From the NCBI GenBank assembly GCA_002633005.1, contig NMRA01000076.1:310001-374000 (forward strand): a stretch of 64,000 bases of DNA, in the 5' to 3' direction. The position numbers were made by a program, and so were the translations under genes. The stretch's first letter is position 1. Each line of letters starts with the position of its first letter. Shown here one piece after another: positions 50,710 to 63,531 of the stretch. The notes beneath the pieces were generated by a model. It saw nothing but the letters and a program-made list of their open reading frames with translations. It was not told the origin of the DNA and ran no database searches. Source of the stretch: Phoronis australis. Its lineage: Eukaryota > Animalia > Phoronida.

Positions 50710-52058
50710 TAGCTGTATGAAGACTATCGTCAAAGTACATCTAGGTACCACTTTGTGTTGAGCTCTGACAGACCTCGAAATTGCACACAGCCCAGGTAGT
50801 TCTGCCTGTCACCTTGCTGTGAAACTTGTATGTAGGGCTAAAGACCGGCGAGGGTGCGTGCAAATCTGGAAGTCAAACGACACTCACCTTGCCTGTTACA
50901 GACATTTAAGTGAAAAACAATCTAATAAACATCATTTTCTTGTGTAATTCTCTGCCCTTTGTAACAATGAAAAGTATATCGCCGTTTTGAAAACAGTATG
51001 CTTGTGACACGTGCACGCGCCATTTCCACAATTATTGCGTCAACATCTCTTGGGAGATGACAGCTTCACAGCAACAAAACTTGTTCTGAAATTCGGTTTG
51101 CTGGTGTCAAAATTATAAAACCTTATAGTGAAGCGAAACCAGTTCTGATAATTTGTTGTGACATGTACGCAACGTCGTGAAGGAACAACAGTTGATTGAA
51201 GAAACGACGAAAAAAGAAACTGGCCAATGGGTGACACAATATTTCATGGTGCCGAAAGCCCACACAAAAGCTTACATTACAATTTTAGCAGCACAGTAGA
51301 ACATCAATTTTTCCAACAACTGTAAATAATTTAGTTATGTTACTGAAGGAAGAGTAGTTTTTAATGACACTAATTTTGTGTTATTTTATCTGGTCAGTTT
51401 TTACCCTCATCAAAGCTGTCTATTTAGTATACAGCTTTGTACCAAGGCTAACCCAGACCTAGACTAGCCAGGTATCCACATAAAGTAAGTAATAGCAATG
51501 TACAATGGCACTCGCCTAAAAGCTCAGTCTCTCACCTGAGAACAAATGCCACATGTTTGAGAATTCTTGTAATATTTGTGTTTGTTGGACTGTTTGTTCT
51601 TGAACTGGCAAGTCTTCAAAGTTTAAAGTAACTTCTGCAAAATGTTTCCTGGTTATCTAAACTTAGAAATAACTTGGGCAGAATTTGTTGTTCTAATTAT
51701 TTAGATTAGATTGTCTTCAGAATTGCAGCATGTGCTAGTTATCAATTGTTATATGATTGTGGTTTTAAGCCATAACAACACAAGAAAACTAAGAACGAGC
51801 GCTTTAGAAAAAGATGTCATATATGCAATGTAATTAAGTCCAGACGTTTCGTTACTTCCTTCAGAACATCACAGTTTATGCATGCTTTGATGTTATTGAA
51901 TGCTTTCTACATTGGACTCCGATAACCTCTACCCAATAACTAGAGACTTTGTATTGCCAACTTACACATCNNNNNNNNNNNNNNNNNNNNNTACTGACAG
52001 TCATGTCGATCATTATTGACATTGTCATTGAACCCAGACCTAGCCAGCCAGCCAGCTA

Positions 52059-52584
52059 GGCAATGACCATCGCCTCTGTTGGACCGACCACAGGCAATGC
52101 AGCTCCTATAGGCACTCCATACGCCGGAAGCTTTTCGGCGAATTATGCCTCGCACCGACTAAAACATCAAAGTCACGTTGTTATTACCTTTTGTTCATAG
52201 TGCCATAGACTCTATGGCATAGAGGAACACCTTAGGAGGTTGTCGATATGTTTAATTCCTTCCAACTCGAATAAATACTTCCGTTATCAAACTTTTTGTT
52301 CGAGCAGTCCCTATTTCAGTTCCCAAAATCATGAACTCAACATTTTTGCACTGCGCACGCCAAGAGATTGACCTCATTCTTTTAACCAGGCCGAAGGTCA
52401 GAAGTCGCTGTCCTACCGTCGAACTTTGAAAGCTGAAGTCTATGCGCAAAAGGTATTTGTAACAATGTGACTTTCATGCTATAGCCAGTGCGAGGCATAA
52501 TTCGCCGAAAGGCTTCTGGCGTATGGAGCGCCTATAGGAGCTGCATCGCCTCTGGTCGGGCCAACAGAGGCGATGGTCATTGCC
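52059..52584. mobile_element. MITE family B, 526-bp internally deleted copy (probable allele of 49809-50709)
   Basis: Same TIRs and flanks; lacks the segment corresponding to ~50184-50565. Confidence 0.85.
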
Positions 52585-53881
52585 TTGCTGTATGAAGGCT
52601 ATCGTCAAAGTACATCTAGGCACCACTTTGTGTTGAGCTCTGACAGACCTCGAAATTGCACACAGCCCGGGTAGTTCTGCCTGTCACCTTGCTGTGAAAC
52701 TTGTATGTAGGGCTAAAGTCCGGCAAGGGTGCGTGGAAATCTGGAAGTCAAACGACACTCACCTTGCCTGTTACAGACATTTAAGTGAAAAGCAATCTAA
52801 TAAAAATCATTTTCTTGTGTAATTCTCTGCCCTTTGTAAAAATGAAAAGTATATCGCCGTTTTGAAAACAGTATGCTTGTCACACGTGCAATTGCCATTT
52901 CCAAAATTTTTGCGTCAACATCTCTTGGGAGATGACAGCTTCACAGCAGCAAAAGTTGTTCTGAAATTCGGTTTGCTGGTATCAAAATTATAAAACCTTA
53001 TAGTGAAGCGAAACCAGTTCCGATAATTTGTTGTGACATGTACGCAACGTCGTGAAGGAACAACAGTTGATTGAAGAAACGACGAAAAAAGAAACTGGCC
53101 AATGGGTGACACAATATTTCATGACGCCGAAAACCCACACAAAAGCTTACATTACAATTTTAGCAGCACAGTAACGGCAGAACATCAATTTTTCCAACAA
53201 CTGTAAATAATTTAGTTATATTGCTCAAGGAAAAGTAGTTTTTAATGACACTAATTTTGTGCGATTTTATCTGGTCAGTTTTTACCCTCATCAAAGCTGT
53301 CTATTTAGCATACAGCTTCGTACCAAGGCTAACCCAGACCTAGACTAGCCAGGTATCCACATAAAGTAAGTAATAGCAATGTACAATGGCACTCGCCTAA
53401 AAGCTCAGTCTCTCACCTGAGAACAAATGCCACATGTTTGAGAATTCTTGTAATATTTGTGTTTGTTGGACTGTTTGTTCTTGAACTGGCAAGTCTTCAA
53501 AGTTTAAAGTAACTTCTGCAAAATGTTTCCTGGTTATCTAAACTTAGAAATAACTTGGGCAGAATTTGTTGTTCTAATTATTTAGATTAGATTGTCTTCA
53601 GAATTGCAGCATGTGCTAGTTATCAATTGTTATATGGTTGTGGTTTTAAGCCATAACAACACAAGAAAACTAAGAACGAGCGCTTTAGAAAAAGATGTCA
53701 TATATGCAATGTAATTAAGTCCAGACGTTTCGTTACTTCCTTCAGAACATCACAGTTTATGCATGCTTTGATGTTATTGAATGCTTTCTACATTGGACTC
53801 CGATAACCTCTACCCAATAACTAGAGACTTTGTATTGCCAACTTACACATCAATTTTCCTTCATGTTCTGTTACAGGCGGC

Positions 53882-53962
53882 ATGAAGGTGCAACTGGATG
53901 TTCTTGTCTCTACATCAATCAAGAGGAAAAAACCCTGGCCTCGTGTAACTTGGCTTGGACAG
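53882..53962 (+). CDS. CPLANE1: CPLANE1 coding exon 1
   Basis: ttacag|gcggcATG (acceptor 5 nt upstream implies an earlier non-coding exon); MKVQLDVLVSTSIKRKKPWPRVTWLGQ|gtaggt. Confidence 0.92.
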
Positions 53963-54491
53963 GTAGGTGGTATAACTAAAACATGGGCTGAAGACTTAGC
54001 ACAGGTCAGGTGACTTGGAGCAGTCGATGCTTATTGTTGGGAATTAGCTCAGCGATCAGTTCTGCTTTCCGCAATATCGCATCATTGGTGTGTTCAACTG
54101 AATTAGCATGAGACTTCAGCAACCAAACTGCAAGTGTGCGTTGAAGAGAACGCAAGGCCCTTTCCAAAAGTCTTTTCAAAATTTGTCTATCATATTGTGT
54201 GTTGACAGTTGGCTGACTGATTCGCCTAGAGATGCGCCATTCAATAACAGAAATAATGATTACTTGTCAAAGGCTTCCCCCGACTGTCACTATTGGGTTC
54301 TCCAGACTTGATCACGATCACATTGTTAAAAGAATAGAAGGAAGATAAATGCCTTGATTAAGTTCCACTGATGGACAACAAGTACCTGAGCATGCTTTGT
54401 GTTTGAGTTTGTCTTCTCTGGTAATATTTTACCTATGGATACGATGGTGGAAGTTTGATTACTCTAACTCTGGACTCCTCCCACTTTGTAG

Positions 54492-54627
54492 GAGCAAGAG
54501 AGTCTGTTTCTGATTGACAGCCAACGTCTGAGCGTGCTCTATGTCCCCTCGGGCAAAACAAGGAAGAAGGTTGCCAAGTTACATAAACTGTTACCCGACT
54601 CTGTTACTGTCAACTACGCAGATAATG
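54492..54627 (+). CDS. CPLANE1: CPLANE1 coding exon 2
   Basis: ttgtag|EQESLFLIDSQRLSVLYVPSGKTRKKVAKLHKLLPDSVTVNYADN|gtgagt. Confidence 0.9.
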
Positions 54628-55194
54628 GTGAGTTAGGCGGTTGTCATGGAGATAGCATAATGGATATCTAAGTGTAAATTTTGTAAAAATCTGGCGTCCT
54701 GACTAATTGTATCAAAATTATTAGTATTACTACTAAGAAGACTAATAGTTCTTACTCATACTGCTTTTGTTGTTACTTTTGTCCCTAGTAAGGTAACTGT
54801 CAACCCTAGCTGAATTTTTCCAACTTTTTCACTGCCAAATACGCCGTTCTCATGGGAGATAACACAGTTTAACAACACAGTCAGATCACAGTGCAACAGT
54901 TTTATTAAATCTGGAACAAAAATGAATTTTTTTTACTTTTCCGATAAATTATCGTTGCTTGCTTACCTGAGTGTTATTTTGCGATTGATGCTGTTGTCTA
55001 GAATGTTCAACACTGATATTTTTACCCAAATTCAAAATGACTGATTCATAATCTGACTTTTGAAATGTGAAACTATTTCAGCCAAAACCCATTTTCACAT
55101 CTTCACTGAGCAGTAGTATGCGTTAGTAATTCCACACTATTTACTAAATTTCATCAAAGTTTAATTGCCAGTACATCGCTCAATGCGTAGGTAA

Positions 55195-55770
55195 ACGCCA
55201 AATCACATTTGGCAACCTGGCAAAAATCCCAGGTCACCAAACGAAATCTGAGGTCGCCAAAACTGAACATCTCCGGCACCAACGAATTCTGAAGTTTCCT
55301 ACTGTGCGTAAACTTTTGTCGACCAAAAAAAGGTATGGCTGTAACGACACCCATTCTCCTTGCGCTTCTCTCTAATTTCCCTCATAAATTTACGTATGTT
55401 CATTCTCTAACTTGATTTTTCTTCCCGTTGACGTCAGATGAATGAGCATAGGATGCAGACGACAGCATGGGCTTGTGGTGCCATTTTCGCCAATCTTGCC
55501 CGATTTTTGCCAAACAATTTTGATTTCTGTCTGTTTACTTCCTGTTGTAATTTAAACGTGTTGGCAAATGCGCTGAATTCACGAAATAAACGGAAAAATT
55601 GTGAATCAATGGTAATAAATCTAGGAAAACTTAATAATTTAAAGCTTGGAAGTCAACACGAACCTTGAAACGAGTTTAGAGGGAATTATTGTCTGACTTT
55701 GATAATCGTAGTGGCGACCTCGTGACAAGTTGGAATTTTTCCCAGGTTGTCAAACACAATCTGAGGTCGC
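55195..55770 (+). repeat. Dispersed repeat, homologous to 58555-59015
   Basis: Shared tttggcRacctggc..aaaYcccaggtcRccaaacg, gatgcagacgac..catgg, ggcaaatgcgctga, tttagagggaattattgtc. Confidence 0.75.
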
Positions 55771-56923
55771 ATATAGAGCGCTGCATTGGGAAATGCAGTT
55801 CTTGGCTGATTAAAGGAATGAAGCATATTATTGAATGAATTAAATCGACTTTAATTTCATGGTAAATCTGCAGCATTCTTTCTCGGGCGTTTTATTTTCG
55901 ATGCTTCTATCAGCTTCGTACATCGTTTTCTCATATAAAGTGTAAAGAGTCGATTCATATGAATTTTTCACGCTTATTTTGTGATCTATGTTCGAGGGAA
56001 TCCTATCTCAGATTTTTTTTCCTTTGAACTAAAAAAGATACCTACGGTCAGAATGAGCACTTAAGATATTGTTTTAAAAAGAGACTTTCATTGGTGGCTG
56101 ATAACTCTGTTGCTTAAGGGTAAATCAACGATCTGCAGTTTAGATTTTTATAAATCCTCTTTTGAAAGCAAAAAATATAACAGATTTTCACAAAAAGTGA
56201 GCCTCGTGATTATTAACAACTGTGATAGTTAAAGGCATGAATTGGGATTTTCAGTCCACATGGATTCTGTTGTAGATTGAAAATGAAAAGTTCGTTACAC
56301 ATTGAACGTGATGAAGGACTTCACAAAAGTTGATAATTACCTTAAAAGTATGGATCATTTTAAACCTGCCACACACCGGCCTCCTGTCAAAACTGACATT
56401 TAGTTCAGACCACTTACTAAGGTAAATCTGGACTCAGACTTGTTGTTGGCTCAGATTAGAAGTGATTCCTGCACTTCGAAGAACTGACAGTTTCTCAATT
56501 GTTTGAGACCATGCTCAGGGCTACTCCGGTCAAGCCATCTTATTTAGCCTTATCTTGGGAATAACAAGCTATCAGTTTGGGAAAGTACGTTGATCGTTGT
56601 CTCTTGATAGCATTGGTAAACATAGCGAAATCACTTATTGAGAGACTGAAATTGATGGATGGCAGCCGACGTTTTGTTCCCAAGGTCCTATTCATTGATA
56701 TGAGTAAGGAACACTTGAAATGGATTCTTTTATGATAGGTTCCCTAAATGAAAAGTTCATTTTTTTGACAGAGGTTGGTCACTTGCACCTTTAAGCCCAG
56801 GTGGACTGTGTCTCATATATACTGTCATTTGTTGACATCCAGTTGTGAAGTTTTTATTTAACATTATGATAAATATCAACTGCCCTAACAATCACAATGT
56901 CAATTTGCCATTCTTGCATTTAG

Positions 56924-57046
56924 GTGATTATTTAGTTGGACTGCTCAAGTCGGGCGACCTGTTCCTCTGGCACAAAGACAGGGACCTACTGAAGATTATA
57001 AGTGGATTACCGGACCTGCAACGATCACCGTCAAAGGACTCGGCAG
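56924..57046 (+). CDS. CPLANE1: CPLANE1 coding exon 3
   Basis: atttag|DYLVGLLKSGDLFLWHKDRDLLKIISG...DSA|gtatca. Confidence 0.88.
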
Positions 57047-57892
57047 GTATCAGTATGCAGGTTTATAATGCTCTCTGGCCTGGTGTAGTGGGTAATACCA
57101 GAGCAGCTGATGAGTGTATAGTTTTGTGTTGGGTGAGTTCATTTGTGTTCGTAATCTTATGCAACAAAGATACCATGAATTGCCTCTATTTGGACCACTG
57201 CCTGAAAGAAGATCTTGTGTTATTTTCAATGCAGCAAAAGACTAGAATTCACTATCAAATAAAACTGACAGTGCTTATTGAAAGATAAGAAGCAAGGTGA
57301 CTTTTTGTCCTTTGTGACATCATTATACTAACTTGGTACTTTACTATGGGAATTTGCCTAAGGTTTGTGAAACTTCGTGCTGGTATTTTCCTTGTGCAGC
57401 ATTCCGCACTCAGTGGTGGTAATTTTCAGGCCATCAGGCCGAAATTGGTGAACCTTGTTATCTGTGGTTCATTTCACACCCAGAATGAGAAACTGATAAA
57501 CCACTGTTAGACTTTGTTCAGCTCAGCTGGGAAATACTTTTGGTGTCTGCTGAAATGAATGTTAGGCACAATTTTAGAACAGGTTTGCCAGCAGAATACA
57601 CAAACTCAGTTACATAGCTTGTTAAGTAGGCTCAAATTGTCTTAGTGTATGAATATGGATCCAGGTCTTTATAAAATGCAGCTGTTGACGATATATGCTC
57701 TTATACAGATGGAACTTTTTTATTTAGAATCCTAATAATTTCTAAGTCACTTTCAAGATGGATTTCTTATAATGCTAATTATTGGCCCCATGCTTCCAAT
57801 TAATTGCTCAAGGAACTTTAACAGTTGTTACTATTCCTATTAAAATCCCTCTTCGTGATTATTTTGCATCAACCATATTAAGCTGTTGTCAT

Positions 57893-58002
57893 TTAACTTC
57901 AGATATGTTAATTAAGTTCAGATATGTTAATTAAGTTCAGATATGTTAATTAACTTCAGATATGTTAATTAACTTCAGATATGTTAATTAACTTCAGATA
58001 TG
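57893..58002. repeat. 19-bp minisatellite (TTAASTTCAGATATGTTAA) x ~5.8
   Basis: Tandem units seen directly. Confidence 0.92.
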
Positions 58003-58210
58003 ATAATAAATTTAAATTTTGGAGTGATGATACCACCATTAGATCTTCAGCCAATTTTTAGTAAAAAAAATTAAGGAACAATCCATTTGGAACATACTGT
58101 GACCAATGTTTGTTAAAAGCTTAAACATTCTCTTTTAAACAGTATTTTGACAAGATAAAACTATACAGTTAATTTAACTGTACCACTATTTGGTCTTCGT
58201 TTGCGTACAG

Positions 58211-58440
58211 ATATCTCCAACCCCTACCTGTTGGTATCCAATGATGGTAGTCGCGTGCTGGTCATCCTCAACTGTTCTCAGTTGTACTTGTGGGAGAAGG
58301 AGCAGCAGGAGGATGCTTTGGCTCCCAAGAAGGTAGAGGTGCGAGGTTCCTGGTCCTCTATTGCTGTAGATGGCGCTGTTCAGCTGCCAACGTCCACGAA
58401 TAGGGAGACGAGTGTTCACGGCAGGTTTTACGTGGACAGG
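58211..58440 (+). CDS. CPLANE1: CPLANE1 coding exon 4
   Basis: gtacag|ISNPYLLVSNDGSRVLVIL...LYLWE...GSWS...LPTSTNRE...FYVDR|gtaagt. Confidence 0.9.
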
Positions 58441-58554
58441 GTAAGTATACAAAGCAACTTAATAAGCTTTTATATGCTGCCGAGACTGGCAAGAATACAA
58501 AGTGTGGTGTTGTTTTTTAAAAAAATATTTACCCAGCACTCGACGATGAGCTAA

Positions 58555-59015
58555 ACGTCAAGTCGTATTTGGCGACCTGGCGGAAACCCCAGGTCGCCAA
58601 ACGGTATCTGAAAATCTCTGGCGTCGAGATGAATTCTGAGGATTCCCTATGTGGCGTCAAAGTTCATCGGTTGGCAAAAATCATTCTATTATTGCATGCC
58701 TTCGATTTCCCCTGTAAATGCCTGTTTGTACGCGTGCGTTCGTACTCTACCTCAATTCCTCCCACCTACAAATGTACGTAGAATGCAGACGACCACATGG
58801 ACTGGTAGCACGAATTTCATCGATCTTGGGCGATTTTGTGGAACAATTCCAACTGTTAACTTCCCATTGTAATTTAAGCATGGTGGCAAATGCGCTGATT
58901 TTACGAAATAAAATGAACAATCGCGAATCAAAGGTAAAAAAATCTAGAAAAACTATTAGTAATTTAAAGGTTTGAAGTCAACACATACTTTGAAACAAAT
59001 TTAGAGGGAATTATT
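58555..59015 (+). repeat. Dispersed repeat, homologous to 55195-55770
   Basis: Colinear similarity visible by eye. Confidence 0.75.
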
Positions 59016-59419
59016 GTCAGTCTTAGGTACTCACAGTGAGGACTAAATGCAAAGTTTGAATAAGCCTTTATAGATATTGAAAGCATACTTACTAGGTAAC
59101 TCAGTGTCAGTATACATGTAGATCCAGGATTTCTAAAGGAAAGCAGTTGTGTACCAATTTCCCAACAATTGTAAGTGTCATCCTCGACATTAGTATAGGG
59201 TGTTTCTATATTGTGGTGTGTTTGAACACCCAAGTTCCCCTGGATCTGCCTGTCAGCTATTGCCTGGTATAAGCAAAACAGCAATAGAGGCATTTTGGTA
59301 ATAGTCACTTACATGGGTTCTGAATTTTGAGAACCAGTTTGATGTCTGTTATTCAGTGGAGGAAACGGGTTTTCGAAATGTGGGACTCCTATGAGTGACT
59401 ATTAACATATTTTTGTCAG

Positions 59420-59529
59420 GTGTTGGGAGATGGCTGCAATGTTTGCATAGTCTTCAATCAAGGACAGTCAATGTGCATTGTCAGTCTAACTCTGCATTGG
59501 TTACAGAGATCACAGGTGTTGACATACAG
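59420..59529 (+). CDS. CPLANE1: CPLANE1 coding exon 5
   Basis: tgtcag|VLGDGCNVCIVFNQGQSMCIVSLTLHWLQRSQVLTY|gtaagt. Confidence 0.87.
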
Positions 59530-60381
59530 GTAAGTTGTCTTCTCTGAAGTCAACAGTTGCCACTTTTCTGTCTGGTAATTGTCTTAGCAGCACGAGATTT
59601 ATCAAAATATGTTGTTTTTAAAGTTACGGTCAATGTTCATGAGAGTATTTTTTATTAATAAGAGGTTGCAGTTGTTTTCTTGAACATGCCGAGCTCCGCG
59701 CTTTGCATGGTGTCAACTCGTCAAGTGAGACCTGATGAAATTTCTGGGTCACCTAACAGGAACCGAGGTCACCAAAACAAGGAAATCTTGTACGGGGGCT
59801 GCAATAGTCCTGAACCCTATGAACTGTTGGCAAGAACAGAAAATGAAATAAACGATCGGACAGCATTTTTTGTCAACCGGAAAATTAGGAGTATCGCGTG
59901 CTCGGTGACGACCAATTTCTCCAACACAGACCCTATATCCTGCATAGGCTCGCCTTCTACTAAGAGCACAAGCATACGATTGGTTCACCTGTTCATAAGT
60001 GGGCCCTTTCAATTTTTGCCAAATGATTCAGACTTTCAACTGTTTATTCCTGTGGTATTATGAGCACATGCTTTAGTGTGTGCGTGGTTACTTCATGGCT
60101 ACCTGGGATTTTTACCAGATCGCAAAACTAAATCTGAGATCACCAAATCGAGCCCTGATGTGTATTCAATGGTAAGTGTGTCTCGTTCAGTAAAAAAATG
60201 GACTGAAAAAGGTTTTGTAAGTCTGGCAGCACTGAAATACAAGAACCTAAAGAGTGAGATGTACTTTTTGCATGCGAATGTTTTGAACAAGTTAGACAGG
60301 ACATGTGAATCAATTAGCAGATCACCTGCTTCTTTGAAAGTCTTCGTCCTAAGTTCTGAATGAATGCTTTATGTTTTAAAG

Positions 60382-60636
60382 GGATCCAACATTCACTGCT
60401 ACTTGGTTCACTTTCACATACCCCTTGACGAAAGTACACCCCAGGTGTCGACCCGTGACAGCTCGAGATGCCTACAGGTGTCGCCTGTCTCACTGTGGAC
60501 AAATTTTGGCTGTGGCGTGTAACCAAAAGGAGGCCCCCGATACCAGGATGTTGTTCATGGCACCTCGCAGCAAGGCTCTGGTTGTTGTGGAGATGAACAA
60601 CTGTGGTGCATCAAACGTTATCAACAAGAGAGGAAG
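60382..60636 (+). CDS. CPLANE1: CPLANE1 coding exon 6
   Basis: ttaaag|DPTFTATW...PRCRPVTARDAY...GQILAVACNQKEAPDTRMLF...NKRG|gtgagt. Confidence 0.88.
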
Positions 60637-61584
60637 GTGAGTGGACAAACAGCTGATACAACTGTGTGAACAGTAGTTTTCTAAATGAGTTGGATAACAT
60701 TGAACATTTGTGAATTACTGACACGAGTAAGTACTGCTTAAGGTTTTGTTGAACCTTGTAAAGTTTGCTAGAGTTTGGCAGAGTTCCCCTGATTAGTTTT
60801 TCCAATCTTTATTAAGCATTAATCTAGACTTAAAAGTTTGTGTGCCAGCAGCGAAAAAATCAATATTATGTTTCTCGAATCACCCTAGTTGTGATGACCG
60901 ATGGTTAGCAACTAAGACCGTGTATTTGTTATGTATTACACTTAGTAACTTAACTCCTCAACTGAAAGAAGACCAACAAAATTAATTTGCAAAACGAGAT
61001 CAACTCTAAACAGCGGTCAGGATCTAATACCTGTACTTGAAATGGAACTTGAATTTAGTTTTGTCATTTTCTATTCTGCTTTTGTGCAAACTCCAAATTG
61101 ATGTCTATTATTCTGCTCGAGTACATTATAGTTCATGCGTATGAGGTTCTAGTCCAAGCTTGCACTTGATGACCCCTGGATATGAGCTGCAGACTCGACT
61201 AAAAACTTGACAGTTCGAGTTGAGACTCGAAATTTTGGCTGTTATTCTCGCAAGCCATTATGTACTGTAGCATAGAATATTACACACATACACACATAGT
61301 AGAATAGAAAATGCCAAAAGTAATTTTGAGTTTGATTGCGAATAAAAAGTTTAGATCCTGGGTCCTGGAATATTATAACTGAAATATTAAGGAATTGTAA
61401 TGGCTGAAGCTATTCAAGAACTTTTTGATGAAATGCTGTCATTGTGAGCACTGTGTTCTTGCTGCCGTGTGACTACAATGTGTACTACACTTGTGGACCG
61501 TGAACTGTGGATCTGGTGGTGAATTCTTCACAGGTAGACCCATTCTGCATCTCTGAGCAATAGTTTTACATATATATTTATCAG

Positions 61585-61767
61585 GTGTTTCTGGATTGCT
61601 GACATACAATGGACACATGACGACCTATTTCTGACCTGCATTACCAAGTCTGGCTCCGTCTGTTTACTGACTCGCCTCGGACCGCCTGTCACCCTGGTTT
61701 CAACAGGATGTTCCGTGGAAATGGGACCCGCCTACTTCCTGCCTCTCCATCCTCTCGTGTCTGTCAG
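61585..61767 (+). CDS. CPLANE1: CPLANE1 coding exon 7
   Basis: tatcag|CFWIADIQWTHDDLFLTCITKSGSVCLLTRLG...GCSVEMGPAYFLPLHPLVSV|gtagaa. Confidence 0.92.
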
Positions 61768-62081
61768 GTAGAAGCATTCGATCATCAAGGCGTTTTTGCT
61801 AAGTGTTGAGGACTTCTAACTAAAGTTCAATTTAGACACCTGACACCTATTGTCAGCACTTGGTACATCAATAATTAATTTGAATATAATCACAAAGGAT
61901 ATTTTGTTGTGTTTGTTGTTTTTATTATGAGTGCGGCAGTAATTTGTATAGTGCAAAAGAATAGTTTTGAGAAATCTGAAGTTTTTGAAGTAAAGTACTG
62001 GATGTTTAAATTAAAGTATGTTTATTTCAAACTTTTTTTTTTTAAGTTGACTTCATGTATAAAGTTCTTGATATGTTTCAG

Positions 62082-63107
62082 TGGGCTAAGCAATCGTGAA
62101 AACATCCAGCCATCCGAAGATGCCTCACTGGCGTCCTCTGTTGGCTCCGATGCTATGCGGCAACGGTTCTCCGTGTCCACCCATCCGCGCCTACCTATGC
62201 TGCTCTGCTCAGACGGATATCTAGTCACGGTTCTTTCCCTACCCGAACACATGACAAGTCTGAAGGTGCTACGAGAACTAGTTAGTAAAACAGCACACCA
62301 TGTGAATAGAATAAAGGATGCTAGTGATATTGGGTCCACTGTGCCGGGAGGTACGGTCAGTGTTGAGCCTGTGATGCAAAGCACATTGAAGTCGGAAGGA
62401 TTGCCGCTCCAGCGTCAGTACAAGTTTGAAGAGTTTGATGGTAGTCTTGGCTCTACACTGGGCAGTCTGGCTGACACTGTTGTGCAAGGCAAGGCAGGGC
62501 TACCAGGTGTTTCTGAACTTGAGTCGGGCAAGATTGTGTTCAGTGGCATGGAGGCATTTGGTAAAGTCACCAGTAGTCATAGTAAAGACCCGTCTAAACT
62601 TGAACATGGTGAAGTAGACTATGCTCAGATAAAGCTTGGTCTTTTGACCTCCTGGGCCTTGTTGGCGTCCACTAGTGACTTGTGGTCAAAGGAGTATGAT
62701 CAGATGGCTAAATACACTGTACGTCATCTCTCGCGTTATTTGACATCCGTGCTCACTACAGACGTGCCTGTTGCAGTGGAACATAAGGCACCAGGCAAGA
62801 ATTGGGACGGCAATCTCTACCATGTGTTAGTCATTTTCCGGACACTATTGAATTTTGTGCTGTTTGATGGACTTCGTCAGAATTTATATGGTGCTTCCGT
62901 GAAGTTGACTCACGGTATTGTGAGGTCGGTGTTGGATAAGTCTTGTGATAGTACAACTCGGTCTGTGTACAAGACAATGTCGGGATGCTTTGGCGTCCTG
63001 GAGTTTGCAGAGCGTCAACTGAAACGGTGCTATGGTTGGGATACAGTAGGGTTGTTAGATGATGCCTGCTTACCTAGTGGTGATAGTGGAAACCACGTTA
63101 TCAAAGG
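62082..63107 (+). CDS. CPLANE1: CPLANE1 coding exon 8 (large, 1026 nt)
   Basis: tttcag|GLSNRENIQPSEDAS...MRQRFSVSTHPRLPMLLCSDGYLVTVL...NHVIK|gtgaga; lies within ORF 61909..63111. Confidence 0.9.
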
Positions 63108-63531
63108 GTGAGAACTTGTTGACAGTTGTCTTGCTAATGCTTTGTAGATGCTAGTCACTCGTAATATACAGCCAGTCCGATACCATGGCTTATGCAAGGT
63201 AAATGGTGCCCATTTAGAGTGTTAAGTTGCCATTTACTAAATGTAGTCTAAATTTCCCTAGCAGCCATCAGTTGCTAAAGTGGTGGCAATTTTGCTTGTG
63301 TTTTTTTGTTAGCGAGGTCAGCTATTTCCTTTTGAAACACTAGGCAATTCTACATTTTCATGGTTTTGAGCTGTCTTTAGTCAGCTTTTGAGCTTTTGAC
63401 TGAGCAGAAATGAGAACAATAGGATCACTTCATTTTATGACCAAAGCTCTATGTAATATAGCACTCTAAACACATAATTTTCTGGAAGTCGTCGAAACTA
63501 TTACAGGAAATTAATTTTTTTTTACTTTTAG

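Larger units (their letters stand above)
49725..53851. repeat. ~2-kb tandem duplication across a 21-N gap (probably two haplotypes)
   Basis: 49725-51970 matches 51992-53851; copy 1 ends and copy 2 begins exactly at the gap; the last ~500 bp are almost identical. Confidence 0.85.

Noticed and set aside
51838-51870. Penelope-type minimal hammerhead (minus strand ctgaaggaagtaacgaaac)
   Set aside because: The core reads CUGAAGG rather than CUGANGA and there is no stem II; at best a decayed relic.
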